NCBI GenBank assembly: GCA_028534125.1
Contig: CM052816.1
Coordinates: 31,560,001 to 31,624,000 of the forward strand
Origin: Lama glama
Taxonomy: Eukaryota
Direction of reading: 5' to 3'
Length of the DNA stretch: 64,000 nucleotides
Both the position numbers and the translations under genes were made by a program. Each line of letters opens with the position of its first letter. Positions within the stretch are counted from its first letter, which is position 1. The notes beneath the pieces are model-generated. The model was not told where the DNA came from, ran no database searches, and worked only from the letters and a program-made list of their open reading frames with translations. This document shows, in pieces, positions 1-11,850 of this stretch.

Positions 1-62
1 CACTATGCTGTATACCAAAAATTGGCACATTGTAAACTGACTATACTTCAATTAAAAAAAAA
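1..62 (+). mobile_element. L1 3' terminus with poly(A), truncated by window edge
   Basis: ctatgctgtatacc...cacattgtaaactgactatacttcaatt followed by an A-run; same motif ends other L1 copies here (e.g. 53590-53650). Confidence 0.85.
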
Positions 63-714
63 TTGTGAGTCATCAGATTTTTTCTCAGGGTTTACCCCAC
101 AGGAGGAAATGACGTGTCTGTGCGGTGATTCCCAGCCCCCTCTGCGTTGGGCCCCGGGCCTCACTCCCAGTGTGGGGAGGACTGTCTGTGAGTGGTTGCC
201 CCAGTCTCTGGGCTCACCTTCTCTTCTGGGAGAAGGGGTCATGGCTTCCTGCTCACGGCTTGGGTGTGTGACTTGGAGCACGGACAGCTCCTCACTTTGC
301 TCTGTGCAGATGCCCGGACTTCAGGTGGGGGAGGAAAGAAGTGACGCTGACAGTGGGTTGTAAGTGAGGCTGGCTGTGGCCGCTGTGGCTAGGCTGGGAG
401 GTGGAGGTACAGATCGCTGGCATTTTCCTCAACCGAATGACTCATGGACAAAAACTCACCCACTGACCAGTCGGTTTGGCATCTGTGGGCCCCAACTCCC
501 CCTGCGAGTCAGCTCACTGGTATTTAAATACAGGGCTTTGTTCCCTGGGACTTTTTAACGTGCTTCCCAAGCCTCCCAATTTCCTTAATGCATGTTTGAG
601 ACTATTTTCTTTCTTTTTCTGTTGTTGTTAACTGTTTTCTTAAAATTGCACAAAGATTTCACGCTTATTATAGAGACAAGAAAATTCAGAAAAACAAAAT
701 GAAGAAGTAAGAAT

Positions 715-1058
715 ATTGAGATTACTATATTAAGTGAAGTAAGTCAGAGAAAGACAAATATATGACATCACTTATATATGTGGAATCTAGAAAACAAATG
801 ATACAAATGAACTTATTTACAAACCGGAAATAGGCTCACAGAGATAGAAAACAAACTATGGTCACCAAAGGGGAAAACAAGAATGGAGGTGGTAGGAAGG
901 AGTGCATTGGGAGTTTGGGATTAACAGATACACACTACAATATGGAAAAGAATCTGAAAAAGAATGTATTTATATACATATATATGTATAGCTGAATCAC
1001 TTTGCTGTACACCTGAAACTAACACAACATTGTAAATTAACTATACTTCAATTTTTTA
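715..1058 (+). mobile_element. 5'-truncated L1, 3'UTR
   Basis: taagtgaagtaagtcagag...aagacaaat...tggaatcta...gaatcactttgctgtacacctgaaactaacacaacattgtaaattaactatacttcaa, typical laurasiatherian L1 3' end. Confidence 0.85.
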
Positions 1059-2873
1059 ATGGTTAAATTTTTTTAAATGGTTAAAGTGGAAATTTTTATG
1101 TTATATGTGTATATTAATAAACCCCAAGTTTTAAAAATTACCATAAATAAACAAGCAAACCTTGTCATCTGTCAGTTAAAAAAGTCAGTAACAGGAGGGT
1201 GGGATTCTAGGGGGTGATTTTCACCTACACCGTGTTTAACATACATGGATTCTTCAGCCATAGATGCTGGGACTCTATGGCTGAAGATTGCTATTTTACG
1301 AGATGACAATTTTTAGAGTTGTTTGACAGTTCAAGGCCATTAATTCATTTTTATCTTAGAAGTATAATTTTATAAATGATAATGTCATCACATATTCCCT
1401 GCACAGAGGTGTATGTAAAGTCCAGAAACAAGACAGTGGCCTGACTCTCCAAAGTTGGCAGAATCAGTTCCAGGAATAAGAGGACAGTCCTGATTGTGAT
1501 TTAATCAAATCGGGAAAACTCGAGATGTGGAGGGGGTCATCTTAGAGTTTAGAGACAGAGGAAATTTTATTTCTGTTCATGAACAAATATGTTTCCTTTT
1601 ATTAGAATTAAAAAATTAATAGTTCTTTTTTGCCTTGGCTACCAGGAGCACGGAGCTGATTTGAGAGGTGATTACAATGATTGTCTGTGGCTTAGACTTT
1701 ATAATTCAGTGCTTTCCTGGTTTTCCAGTCCAGATCCTAGTTCTTTTATTTTTGTTGTAAGAGGTCTGTTGGATATTTGGCTCTTGTCATAAGCTTTCTT
1801 ATTTAAAAAATAGGTAAGGAATAAAAGATCGATAAATGGAAGGAAATATGAAGAACAACCACTTGGCTGGCAGGCTGAAATCGAAGGACAGAGTAAATCT
1901 CTTTATCAGTCAGTCATCCATGTTTAGACACCTGCCTGGCTACACTTTACCTGAGGCAGCGGCTCTCCTGCCAGCCATTTGCAAGGTGTGTGTTCCCTCA
2001 TCTATGATTCGCTTGGGCCTGACTCGCTGAAAGAAGCCAGCTGGTCATCACTTTGGCTTCTGAAGTTAATAATCCATGCTCGCAGAGCTTCTGTTGGAGA
2101 AGTGTTGTAAACACACCTGTTCCTCACTAGCTGTCAGGAGAAATGTGACTCGAGCCTGAGTGGGCAGGTCCCCAAACTACCACTATTGGAGAGCTGAGGC
2201 CCCAGGACTTCAAGATGGTGGGGGGGACCAGTGGTTGGGCGCCCACAGAGCTGGCCTTGGAGGTCTAGCCTGAGTTGGGTTGGTCTTCCTCTGAGATGCC
2301 ATCTTCCAATGGTATCCAACAATGGGTGTGTCTGAACAGATGGGTGTGTCTGCAGACCCTTCTGGACCCAAGTGTAAAGTGAAGCTTCTGCTGGTGTCCT
2401 TGTCCCTGAGGGGCTGCCTTGTTTTAGGTTGGTTGTTAAGAAGGGTGTTCTGTCTGAGACTTTGGAGTGTGATGCTTGAGGGCAATAGTGAAGATCCTCC
2501 GTCTTCTAAAGGAAGACAAATGAGCACCTTCGGTTGGGGGCTGAGCGAGAGCCGGGCCTGTCCTTCAAGGTGAGTTCACTGCAAGCTCTCTCTGCCCCTC
2601 ACCTCCCCCTCTAGCTTCCCCCCTTCCTCGGGTCAAAATGATCTCAACAAGATCTAGAAGTTCACGGGGGGCTCTCATGCAAGCACATGTTTTGATTTTA
2701 TGGAAGTAAAGTCCCTACAGAACTCTAAACAGTTTACACTGGGATTAGAGAAGTGAGGAAATCATATTGAAATGATGTATTGACATTTTTCCCTCCATTC
2801 TCTCATTTACTAGTCATTCTGGAACATCACATGTCAGTTCAAATGTAATGAAAGTTCAAAATCTGTTTCTATG

Positions 2874-3014
2874 ATTTTTTAACATTTTTTATTGATTTAT
2901 AATCATTTTACAATGTTGTGTCAAATTCCAGTGTTCAGCACAATTTTTCAGTCATACATGGACATATACACACTCATTGTCACATTTTTTTTCTCTGTGA
3001 GCTACCATAACATT
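2874..3014 (-). mobile_element. Young L1 3' end (poly-T then 3'UTR) running into gap
   Basis: Nearly identical to 52352-52498 and to the reverse complement of 52999-53149. Confidence 0.9.
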
Positions 3015-3514
3015 NNNNNNNNNNNNNNNNNNNNNNNNNNNNNNNNNNNNNNNNNNNNNNNNNNNNNNNNNNNNNNNNNNNNNNNNNNNNNNNNNNNNNN
3101 NNNNNNNNNNNNNNNNNNNNNNNNNNNNNNNNNNNNNNNNNNNNNNNNNNNNNNNNNNNNNNNNNNNNNNNNNNNNNNNNNNNNNNNNNNNNNNNNNNNN
3201 NNNNNNNNNNNNNNNNNNNNNNNNNNNNNNNNNNNNNNNNNNNNNNNNNNNNNNNNNNNNNNNNNNNNNNNNNNNNNNNNNNNNNNNNNNNNNNNNNNNN
3301 NNNNNNNNNNNNNNNNNNNNNNNNNNNNNNNNNNNNNNNNNNNNNNNNNNNNNNNNNNNNNNNNNNNNNNNNNNNNNNNNNNNNNNNNNNNNNNNNNNNN
3401 NNNNNNNNNNNNNNNNNNNNNNNNNNNNNNNNNNNNNNNNNNNNNNNNNNNNNNNNNNNNNNNNNNNNNNNNNNNNNNNNNNNNNNNNNNNNNNNNNNNN
3501 NNNNNNNNNNNNNN
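3015..3514. other. Assembly gap, exactly 500 N (placeholder size)
   Basis: Counted N run. Confidence 0.99.
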
Positions 3515-4550
3515 TTGGCTTGCTGTTTCCAGAGGCACTCGGTTGGCGCCCTCGTCTGTGCTGCTCCCAGTGCCTGTTGGCAAGCAGATCGTGCCCCCTC
3601 CCAGCACAGCGTTCCTGCCAGAAAGGCGGGGGGCCACCCGCCATCTCCCAGCGCCGGTCACTCCGCAGCTCTGCCCTAGGTCGTCGCTCCGCAGGCGGCC
3701 CGGGAAGACCGCGAAACAGCCCCGCCCCTGCTCCGTGCCCGAACTCAGCTCCTTGTTCTTTCTGGCGGCGCAGACTTTGCGAGGCACCAGGGCGGAAGGA
3801 TCCTATCTGACTCGGGCTGCAAACTGTCTGGCCTTTGAGGCTGCCGAGCGCCCAGGCGCGGATGCAGGTTTCGCCCCGCCCCCGCCTGGGTGCCAAGCGC
3901 CGCAGGATATGGCCTCTGCGCCTGAGCCCCGCCGCTCCTGGCGGAAAACCTGTGGGTTTTCAGAGACGGAGGTATGCAGCCTTCTCCACAGGGCACATGA
4001 GCTGTGCTGTTTCATGGAGGGCCCAGGTTGTTCTGCCCTATGCACCCACTCATCCACGTTGCGTAGCCCCCTGCAGTCCCCCGGGGCTGCCTCAGTGCAG
4101 CTGTGCGTCCTCCGCCCGGCTCGGGCAGCCTGTCCTGGCCCCCAGCTCCCGGCTCGGGTCTCGGGCTGGGTGTCGCAGGAATCCTCTGTGCCCTTTTAAC
4201 TTAGTTCTGTAGGTCAAGGGCTGCTCCATACAGGTCCGAGCCTGGGAGGCTCCCCCTCCGTCCTGCTGGCTTCTCCATCAGGGGAGACCCAGCAAACCAG
4301 CGCCAGTTCTCCTTTGCTGCTCCCTTCCCGTGGGACCTGTCCTGCTCTGCTTTGCCTTTTCTTATTTCTTTTTTTCCTTTCTACTACCAGGTTTTTGGCG
4401 TCTTTGTCTTTTAAAGAGGGCGATGTTCTGTCGGAGTTCCACAGGTGCTCTGGTTGGCTGAGTGGGTACGTGGATGTGAGTCTTGGTGTGTCTGTGGGAG
4501 ACGGTGAGCCACGAGCGTCCTACTACTCCGCCATCTTGGCCTCATCTCTC
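3515..4550 (-). mobile_element. L1 5'UTR (CpG island, internal promoter) of a young, presumably full-length L1
   Basis: Minus strand begins GAGAGATGAGGCCAAGATGGCGGAGTAG, the canonical L1 5' start containing the YY1 site; GC/CpG-rich for about 1 kb. Confidence 0.88.
4528..4539 (-). promoter_or_regulatory. YY1 site at L1 5' end
   Basis: CCGCCATCTTGG (reverse complement CCAAGATGGCGG), about 11-22 nt from the L1 5' terminus. Confidence 0.8.
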
Positions 4551-4734
4551 TGGTTGCATTTTTATATACTTATTTTGGGACATAGGTGAGAGGAATGTGC
4601 ACATGGGGACTCTGGAACGATCACATGACTACCCTTCTCTCAGCAACTGCGTGTGAATGCTGTGGGGTCTGACTGACCTTGGTGGGCATACAGCTTTCTG
4701 TTGTTGGCACCAGGACACCTTGGCAGTTGCACAG

Positions 4735-4915
4735 ATGCTGGAGGCCTGTGTTTGATTCCTGCTTTACCACTTACTGGCTGTGTAACGTGGGAAACCTTGA
4801 ACGAGCCAGTTTTCTCTGCTGTGAAATGGGTATGATGGGAGCGACCTCACAGGGTTGTCATATTTAAATGAGGATTAAACACAATAAACCATTGAAGGCC
4901 TGTTCAGTGCCAGGG
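4735..4915 (+). mobile_element. MIR SINE
   Basis: ccacttactggctgtgtaac...ctgtgaaatggg...acctcacagggttgt core. Confidence 0.75.
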
Positions 4916-5726
4916 CCTCCACCAGTCCACGTGGTGCTTTTGTGTGAGTTAGGCAAGGCACCCCCCCCCCCCCGCCCCAGACACTGCCTTGGTGGGTGCC
5001 CAGCTTGGTCAGCAGATGACACCACTGTGTCAGTTAGAAAAGGAGGCAGTGATGAGTGTGAGCCCCGAGCTGAGGACTGCTGTGCAGTAAAGACACTACA
5101 GAACTCTCTGTAGCCACCTTGTCATTCAGCATAAAGTAAATGTTTAGTGTAACTGCCATGGCATAGATGCCAGTTAATCTCTGGTCAAAAGATGAGCAGG
5201 ATACTAGGAATCAGCTGAGTTCCCATTGGGGGAAGTAGAGCCTCAATTCTTCCTGTCAGAAGTTTTTTGACACAACCTGGGGGAATCATTTTCTGTTAAT
5301 TCTATTATAGTATTTTAAAATACAGCTTCACTGGAAAGAGCAATGTATTGGGATTCTTCAGACCCTTGGCTCTGGTTCTCAGAGCTGGATCTGGAAGCTG
5401 TGAATAGTAATTTTCCAAGTTTTGGTTTCTTCATCTTCAAAATGGGAGTTGAACTGAAACTGTGGTTTATTTACCCTGCTGAGGGGAAGTCTAGGGTGCT
5501 CTGGGGTTAGCAGAATAAGATCTGATGAGGTTTGGGGCATGGTGTGAAACGGGTATGACCAGGAGACCTCTCCCTCACCCCTGAACCCTGATATTTCAAA
5601 AACAAATAACAAAAAACCACACATTTTGCATATTTGAGCAAAGACAAAAAGTACTATCCTCATCATCATTATCATAGTAAAATATTTTTGGTAAAAAGAA
5701 ATTGAAACTCTTAAGAATTTATTTGA

Positions 5727-5892
5727 AGGGAGAATGTACAGCTCAGTGATAGAGCACATGCTTAGCGTACACATGGTCCCAGGTTCAGTCCCAAGTACCT
5801 CTATTAAATAAACCTAAATACCTTCCCCCCACCAAAACAAACAAACAAACAAACAAATAAATAAATACATACAGCTAAAAAACTTTTAAAAA
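5727..5892 (+). mobile_element. Vic-1-type camelid tRNA-derived SINE with target-site duplication
   Basis: A-box-like cagctcagtgatag, B-box-like ggttcagtccc, aaataaacctaaataccttccccc segment, (CAAA)n/(TAAA)n tail; TSD aagaatttatttga (5713-5726) and aagaattcatttga (5893-5906). Confidence 0.88.
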
Positions 5893-6825
5893 AAGAATTC
5901 ATTTGATGGCAAGCTTTCATTGGTGTGGATGATCCTATAAAGCCCTTCTTATTGCTAACATTCTCTTGACTCGTAGAATTTCTGCATAGTAGCATAATAC
6001 AGAGGTTAACGCTTGCGTTTTGGTGTCAGACTCTGCTCCATTCACTTCTCCACTCAAGTGGAATGACTTTGAACAAGTCATTTCCTTATGGATTTTATGT
6101 TTAGCAGAAAAATAAATGCTAAAAATGTTAATAATTTAAATTGAGAATTAGATAGATCCCTGTATCATAAATGTTGACTTTCCATAAACCTCATTATTAC
6201 TCTCCCAACACAGATCTTTCATGAGGAGCAATCTGATCTTGTTCAGTGATGTGCTAGGTGACCTGTACTTTATGCAGTTTTAGACATGGAAGAGGGCCTT
6301 CTACTCTGGGAAAATGAAAATATGTTCCCCAAGCATTGGAGAAACAGAAAGACTGTTTCCTATGATCTCTGCAATGAAACTTCATTAATAAACTCCCTGC
6401 CCTCCCTCCTTCCCTATTATAGAATGATTCTGTCTATGTCAGAGAGAAATTTCACTTAACTTTACACTCTCCTCTTTGAGATTCAGTGTCTGGGTGAAAT
6501 TCACTCTTGAGAGTTTTGTTTTGATGGTTGATTGATAGACAAATGACAGCAGAGGCTGGGAAGGGTTTGGGGTTTTGCTTACAGTGTCAGTCATAGTGAA
6601 AATCACAAATTCTAACTGCCCACGTTAAAAATCAGAATTAATTGACCTCTCTTGGAGGATTTCAAAATATTGTAGAGCAAGTCTTTCACAGTCCCCAAGC
6701 GAACTTTGAATGACATTTTCTTTGAATTCTTCCCTTTAATTGGACGAATGCATAATTGGGAGGAATAAAGCAACAACAAAAATGTGTTAGGTATATGGAA
6801 GTGGAGAGCAGATTCTAAATGAAGA

Positions 6826-6845
6826 TGGTGCCCCCTAGTGCTGAA
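6826..6845 (-). promoter_or_regulatory. Candidate CTCF site
   Basis: Reverse complement TTCAGCACTAGGGGGCACCA is close to the CTCF core CCAC(C/T)AG(A/G)(G/T)GGC; motif only. Confidence 0.45.
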
Positions 6846-7409
6846 ATGTAGCCCAGCCCAGAGGCCCCCCTCCCCAGCTGAAAACTTTTGAGCTGTTCAT
6901 GTTTACCCAAAAGACCCAGATTATTGCCCTGATTTTGATTTATGTGTTGGCTGCTCAAAAGAATGAATGATGCTTATGCAGTGTAAGAGAAATCTGTCAC
7001 CAACAGTAACTATAGTTGGGTACTGATTGGAAAACCAGTGTGGTCATTTCCAGGGACCGTGATCTTATGTGAGGATAAGCCAGGGGTGACGCACCTTGAG
7101 AAGCAGCAGCTTGTTTCGGAGGCACGTTTTGGCTCATAAGGCTTTCTTTCACATATGTGGTAAGAGATTGCTTACTTTGCTGCATGAATCTTGCCACTGG
7201 GATATGGAACCTATTATCCTTCATGGAAGATAACTTTTTATATCTTTTATGTGCTTTGTATTAAATATCTCTGGTGTTAGAGTCTGTATACAGTGTCAGG
7301 ATATTGGATTCAGTTTTTTAATTCAGAAAACTGGTCAGACCAAAGGCTCATCTGGATTCTGTTATCGGGAGAGCATGTATATTAGAATGGCTCCTTCCTG
7401 TAACCACCG

Positions 7410-7935
7410 GTATTGGTCTGGGTCCAGCCAGGAGACAAAGACCACACAGTAATTTGAGAAGGGAAAGTTAAGTGTAAACATGATCTATTATGTGAGGTTG
7501 GAGTAACAGGAAACTGACTAGTAAGGGGTAAGAGAACTTTAAGGAATATAGGAATAGGAGTTATAGGAAATGGCCACCACCCTGTGACTGAGAAGAGCTC
7601 TCAAGGAGGGAGCAAATCTGAAAGAACCCTTCCTGCTTACCCCACACCCCCATTCAGTCTCTGGGCTGAGAGCCAGACCTCATTGGAGAACCCTAACCCT
7701 GACCTGACCCTTGGTGGGGAAGTCACTGAGGTGCACACTGGTGGAACTTGCTAGAAGTAGGTCTTTGTGGATGCTGAGGGGGCGGGGTCATGCCTTAGGG
7801 CTGAGGGGGTGTCAGAGGAAGCTGACCAGGAGGCGCAGTGGGCTGCTGGCCCAGCTGCCTTCCTCACGTGCTGTAGGATCACAAGTCGCAAAAGCCGTGG
7901 GAGCTGTGCGTGCTTCAGGAGATGGCGTGCTCTTT
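7410..7935 (-). mobile_element. Old ERVL-class solo LTR, subfamily uncertain
   Basis: tattggtctgggtccagccaggagacaaagaccacac resembles the reverse-complemented 3' end of ancient ERVL LTRs. Confidence 0.5.
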
Positions 7936-8329
7936 ACAAAGTTCTGTAATCTTTGATAGAATATACAGACAATTTAGTCTTTCCTCTAATATAATTGACC
8001 AAAATATATTTTTTTATTATTGGTGCTTGAGATACATAAAACATACAATTTGACACAAAGATACCCTCATCTTTTGTATTATTGTTACAGGTTTATACTG
8101 AACAAACACAAGGACTCTGATAAACTCTCTTTCACATTCACATAAAAAAGCAAATAAATAGCGTATATTAACAATTGTATTCATAGGATTATCAACTATA
8201 TTCTTGACAGGAGAGAATTTCCATGTTGACAGTGTGTTGATGAGAGTGAATACCCTGCTCATAGCTGGAAATTTTGCACAGACTCGTTTCTCACTCCGCG
8301 TATTTCAAGCTTTGTCTCCTTCCCACTAC

Positions 8330-9680
8330 CCAACGACTCCATGTGCAGGTTGCCAAGTCCAGTGGCCACTCATCAGTCCTCTAACTCTCACTGGAACTGG
8401 GCATTCCCTTCTCAGGGAGACTCTTTTTTCTTGGTTTCCACAACGTCGTATTCTCCTAGGTTTTTCCTTTTTATAGGCTGTTCCTTGTCTGTCTCCTTTG
8501 AGTGTGCAGGGCTCTGTGTGGGCTGCTGCTTGTTTATACATGCACTCTGGTGGTCACATTCTGCTGCATCACTGCACTGACTGTTTAAAAATGATGCCTC
8601 CCAAATGTACACCTCTGACCTGGACCTTTCCCAGAGCTTGAGACTTGTAAGTTATTTACCTGCTTCCTACCCAACTTGGATTCAGATGAACATCTCAGAA
8701 AATCAGTATGTTCAAAGTAAAACCCAGTCCCAAGCCTCTCTTCCCCATTTTAGCAAATGCATCCACCTTGCTCAGTAGGTCATCTAAAACCAAGGGTTAT
8801 CATTGGAATTCTCTGTATCTCATTCACATCAGTCCATTGACAAGTGCTGTCAATCTTACCTTCAGCATTATGTTCTGAATGTGACCATTTTCACCACCCC
8901 TGCCCCACTCCAGCCACCCTAGTTCATGACCATCACTGTCATTGCCTGAACAATTGTCGTTTCTCCCTAGCTGGTTCCCTGTGTTCACCTTTGCCTCTTA
9001 CAGATGTTTTTCTCCATTCATTGGAATCCTCCAGTGGCCTCTTACCACATTTAGAACATAATTCAAAGTATTAGCATGCCCTGCAAGGCTCCACATCAGT
9101 GGTTCTTAAAGTGTGTTCCCCAGGCTACCAGCATCAGCATCATCCTGGAACGTGGCAGAAACGCATGTTCTCAGGCCCCGCCTACTGAAGTAGGACTCTG
9201 GGGGTGGCCAGCAGCCTGTGTTTCCACCCACCCTCTGGGGGCTTCTGAGGCAGGCTCCATGGGTCTGTGTGGCCTGGCCCACGGCCGGTCCTCTGGCCCT
9301 CGCTCACCTCGCTCCTGCTCCTGGAACACGGCCAGTGAAATCCTCCCAGCTCTGGTGCCTTTGATTCTAGCACCCTCAGCCTCCTCCCCAGCCATGTGGA
9401 TGGCTCACTCCTCACCTGAGGCAAGGCTTTGCTCAAGGGTCACCTCCTCAGAGGGCTTCCCTGGCCCCCCTTCCGAAATCACTTGCCCATCATTGCTTAT
9501 TTTCCTTCATCGCCCTTGTCTCCACCTGTCATGAATGCTGTGTGTTTATGATCTCTCTCCCTCACCCAAACAGAAGCTCTGTGAGGCGAGGGATTTTGTC
9601 TCATTCCATCCTCTGCACCTAGAACATTCTCTATCACATGGTAGCAGCTCAGTAGATACTTGCTGAATGAATGAATGTAC
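8330..9680 (+). mobile_element. L2 LINE 3' portion, interrupted by MER5A
   Basis: L2-like pyrimidine-rich body, ending gtagcagctcagtagatacttgctgaatgaatgaatg. Confidence 0.75.
9097..9255. mobile_element. MER5A-like hAT DNA transposon
   Basis: cagtggttcttaaagtgtg...accagcatcagcatcatcctggaac...ctcaggcccc. Confidence 0.75.
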
Positions 9681-9879
9681 CAGTGATACTGAATTAGTGC
9701 AGGAGTCACGTCTCACTTCTCTTTTTTTCCTGAGTATGGATCTCACCAGTATACCTGGTTCCTCTATTAAGCTGAATTCTGGGGACCTTAGCCCAGTTTA
9801 GGTACCTTTTTTTTTTCTTCCATATCCACAAACCTAAGAGTAGAGTGATGAAGTGGAAAGGGCCCCAGATTTCGTGTCA

Positions 9880-10085
9880 GCTTGTGTTTTTCTTTGCTGT
9901 CTGGCTTTGTCCCAGATGCTGACTTTGGGCAAGAGTTTGAGCCTTATGAGCACCATTTCCTTCCTTGGTGAAATAGGGGCAACTACACCCACACCCAAAA
10001 TAGAGATTAAATTGAGGATTAAATGCATGGAAGTCACCTTCCACAGTGCCTAACACAGGTATGTGCTAAAGAATGTTAGTTTTCT
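9880..10085 (+). mobile_element. MIR SINE
   Basis: gactttgggcaag...tgaggattaaatg...acagtgcctaacacag. Confidence 0.65.
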
Positions 10086-10599
10086 TTTGAATTGTCGTTT
10101 TGAAACGACAATTGTTCTTTCTTGGTTTCTGAACAAGGGAGATATCCCCAGAAAGCAATGTGAATGGCCTGAATATCCCTGGGTGGGAGGGAGGAGGCTG
10201 AGAATGAGAAAGTTTCTCAGCTGCTTAGGATGCTCAGTTCAAAGCCACAGCAAACAATTCTCTGGAGGTGTTCAGCATCTGGAGGCCTTGCCAACTTTCT
10301 CTTTCTTTTCTCAAAAAAGTTTTCTTGCCTTTCCTGAGATGCTAACTGATCTGTGACCAACTGTGAAAACCCACAAGGTGTGCAAAATACAGAGAAGCCA
10401 CTGAGTGGCTGTGGTGAAGTGGGAAACCCGTCGCTGGGGCAGTTCATTCATCCTGTGAAAAGGGTGGGTTTGTGAAATTCTGGGGAGGCCCCAAAGGCTG
10501 GGGGTGAGTGGGAGGAGTTAAGACCTTCTGTGCCTGTCCATTCTGTGTTTTAGGTGGGCCTGATCCGAGCTAGCCAGTCACACTTTTAAAAAAATTCTT

Positions 10600-10772
10600 A
10601 CTTTTTTTTATTGAAGTGTAGTTGATTTACAATGCTAGTTTCAGGTGTACAGCAAAGTGATTCAGTAATACATATACATACATACTATATGTATATTTTC
10701 AGGTTCTTTTCCATTACAGCTCATTATAAGAAATTGAATATAGTTCCCTGTGCTATGCAGTAGGTCCTTGTT
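10600..10772 (-). mobile_element. Short 5'-truncated L1
   Basis: Poly-T then attgaagtgtagttgatttacaatg...agttccctgtgctatgcagtaggtccttgtt. Confidence 0.85.
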
Positions 10773-11824
10773 ACACTTTAGCAAGCAACTTACCCTGGAA
10801 TCCAGAGGTGTTTTCTTTCCTACAGTGTGCCTTCCAGATGTGCCTGTGAGTATGCATGCCCAGGGAAAAATTGGCACACCTAGAATGGCTAGAAATGTGT
10901 TTTTCTCCCTCGCAGGTTTCCCCCTTTTAGCAGGTCTCACTTCACTCTCCAGTCTTAACTCTTCTCGGGGCCTGACTTCTAAGTTGAAAAATATCCCCAC
11001 CAAAAGGCAAGAGATGGAAATGACTTTGGATTGATAGCCTTGCTGCTACTTGCATGAGAAACCAAAGGCCTTTGAGATCTGGGTGAATTGAATTTCCAAG
11101 GTTGAATTTCAGTGGAAGAGATTAGGGATATGATCTCCACTGGAAGCTTTCTAGGGTCTCTCAAATTGCAGTATTGATAACGCCATGCTATCAGTCCCTG
11201 AGGAACACAGAGTATTGCTTTCCTTTGTGCTGTGTAAAATCTTGGGTTTTGTTGTTTGTTTGCATTTCTATCAAAATAATTATCTCCCATTTTATTTGGT
11301 GATTATTTCCAAACTCACCAAAACAAACAACGAACCTACAGAATTGTCAGAACATCAGCTTATTGAAAACAGAGCTTTCCTTGACTGATTCCCTTATTAC
11401 TTCCTCCATAGCTTGCTAGAACTCTGTTAACATTTAGAAAGCCCTAGATCACAAGGTTCTAGGTTGTCCTATAGGTTCAATAGGTGACTTCAGCTCCAAC
11501 ATAACACTTCCCCTCCAACGTAACACTTCCCTTTCCTTATTTTGCTCAATGTAAAACCATGGAAACGAGCCAAAGCTTCTCCTGAAATCTTTCACAAAGT
11601 CTAGCAGTTCCACTGTCATTGATAAATGCTGACTTCTTTTTACCAGTAAAGCATTTAAAATTTTCTTTCAAGTCAGCACAGAATTCCAAGTATCTGCTGA
11701 GAGCTGACAGTCTCTTTCAAGGCAAATATGTCAGTGAAGCTTATGAATAAAGATTATTCACCATCTGTCTCCTGTTTTTATTTATTAAGGATATTAACCC
11801 TTTGTCATAGTATATACTACACGT

Positions 11825-11850
11825 GTTTTGTTTTGTTTTGTTTTGTTTTT
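11825..11850. repeat. (GTTTT)n simple repeat
   Basis: gttttgttttgttttgttttgtttttt. Confidence 0.85.

Noticed and set aside
2322..2357. 18-bp tandem duplication (atgggtgtgtctg...)
   Set aside because: Two copies only; ordinary slippage
2892..4199. Long ORFs of 435, 314 and 261 aa
   Set aside because: They read through the 500-N gap and join L1 3'UTR to L1 5'UTR sequence; artefacts
4542..4551. 10-bp match (agagagatga) between the L1 5' start on minus and the sequence after the tail at 53151, as a TSD if the middle contig were flipped
   Set aside because: It overlaps the purine-rich L1 start and the older L1's own gatga, and lacks a TT|AAAA-type cut site; probably coincidental, though worth rechecking with long reads
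5727..5800. tRNA gene
   Set aside because: Has a SINE tail and TSD and a diverged cloverleaf; it is a tRNA-derived SINE
11494..11531. 19-bp tandem duplication ctccaac(a/g)taacacttccc
   Set aside because: Two adjacent copies with no spacers; ordinary slippage, not an array
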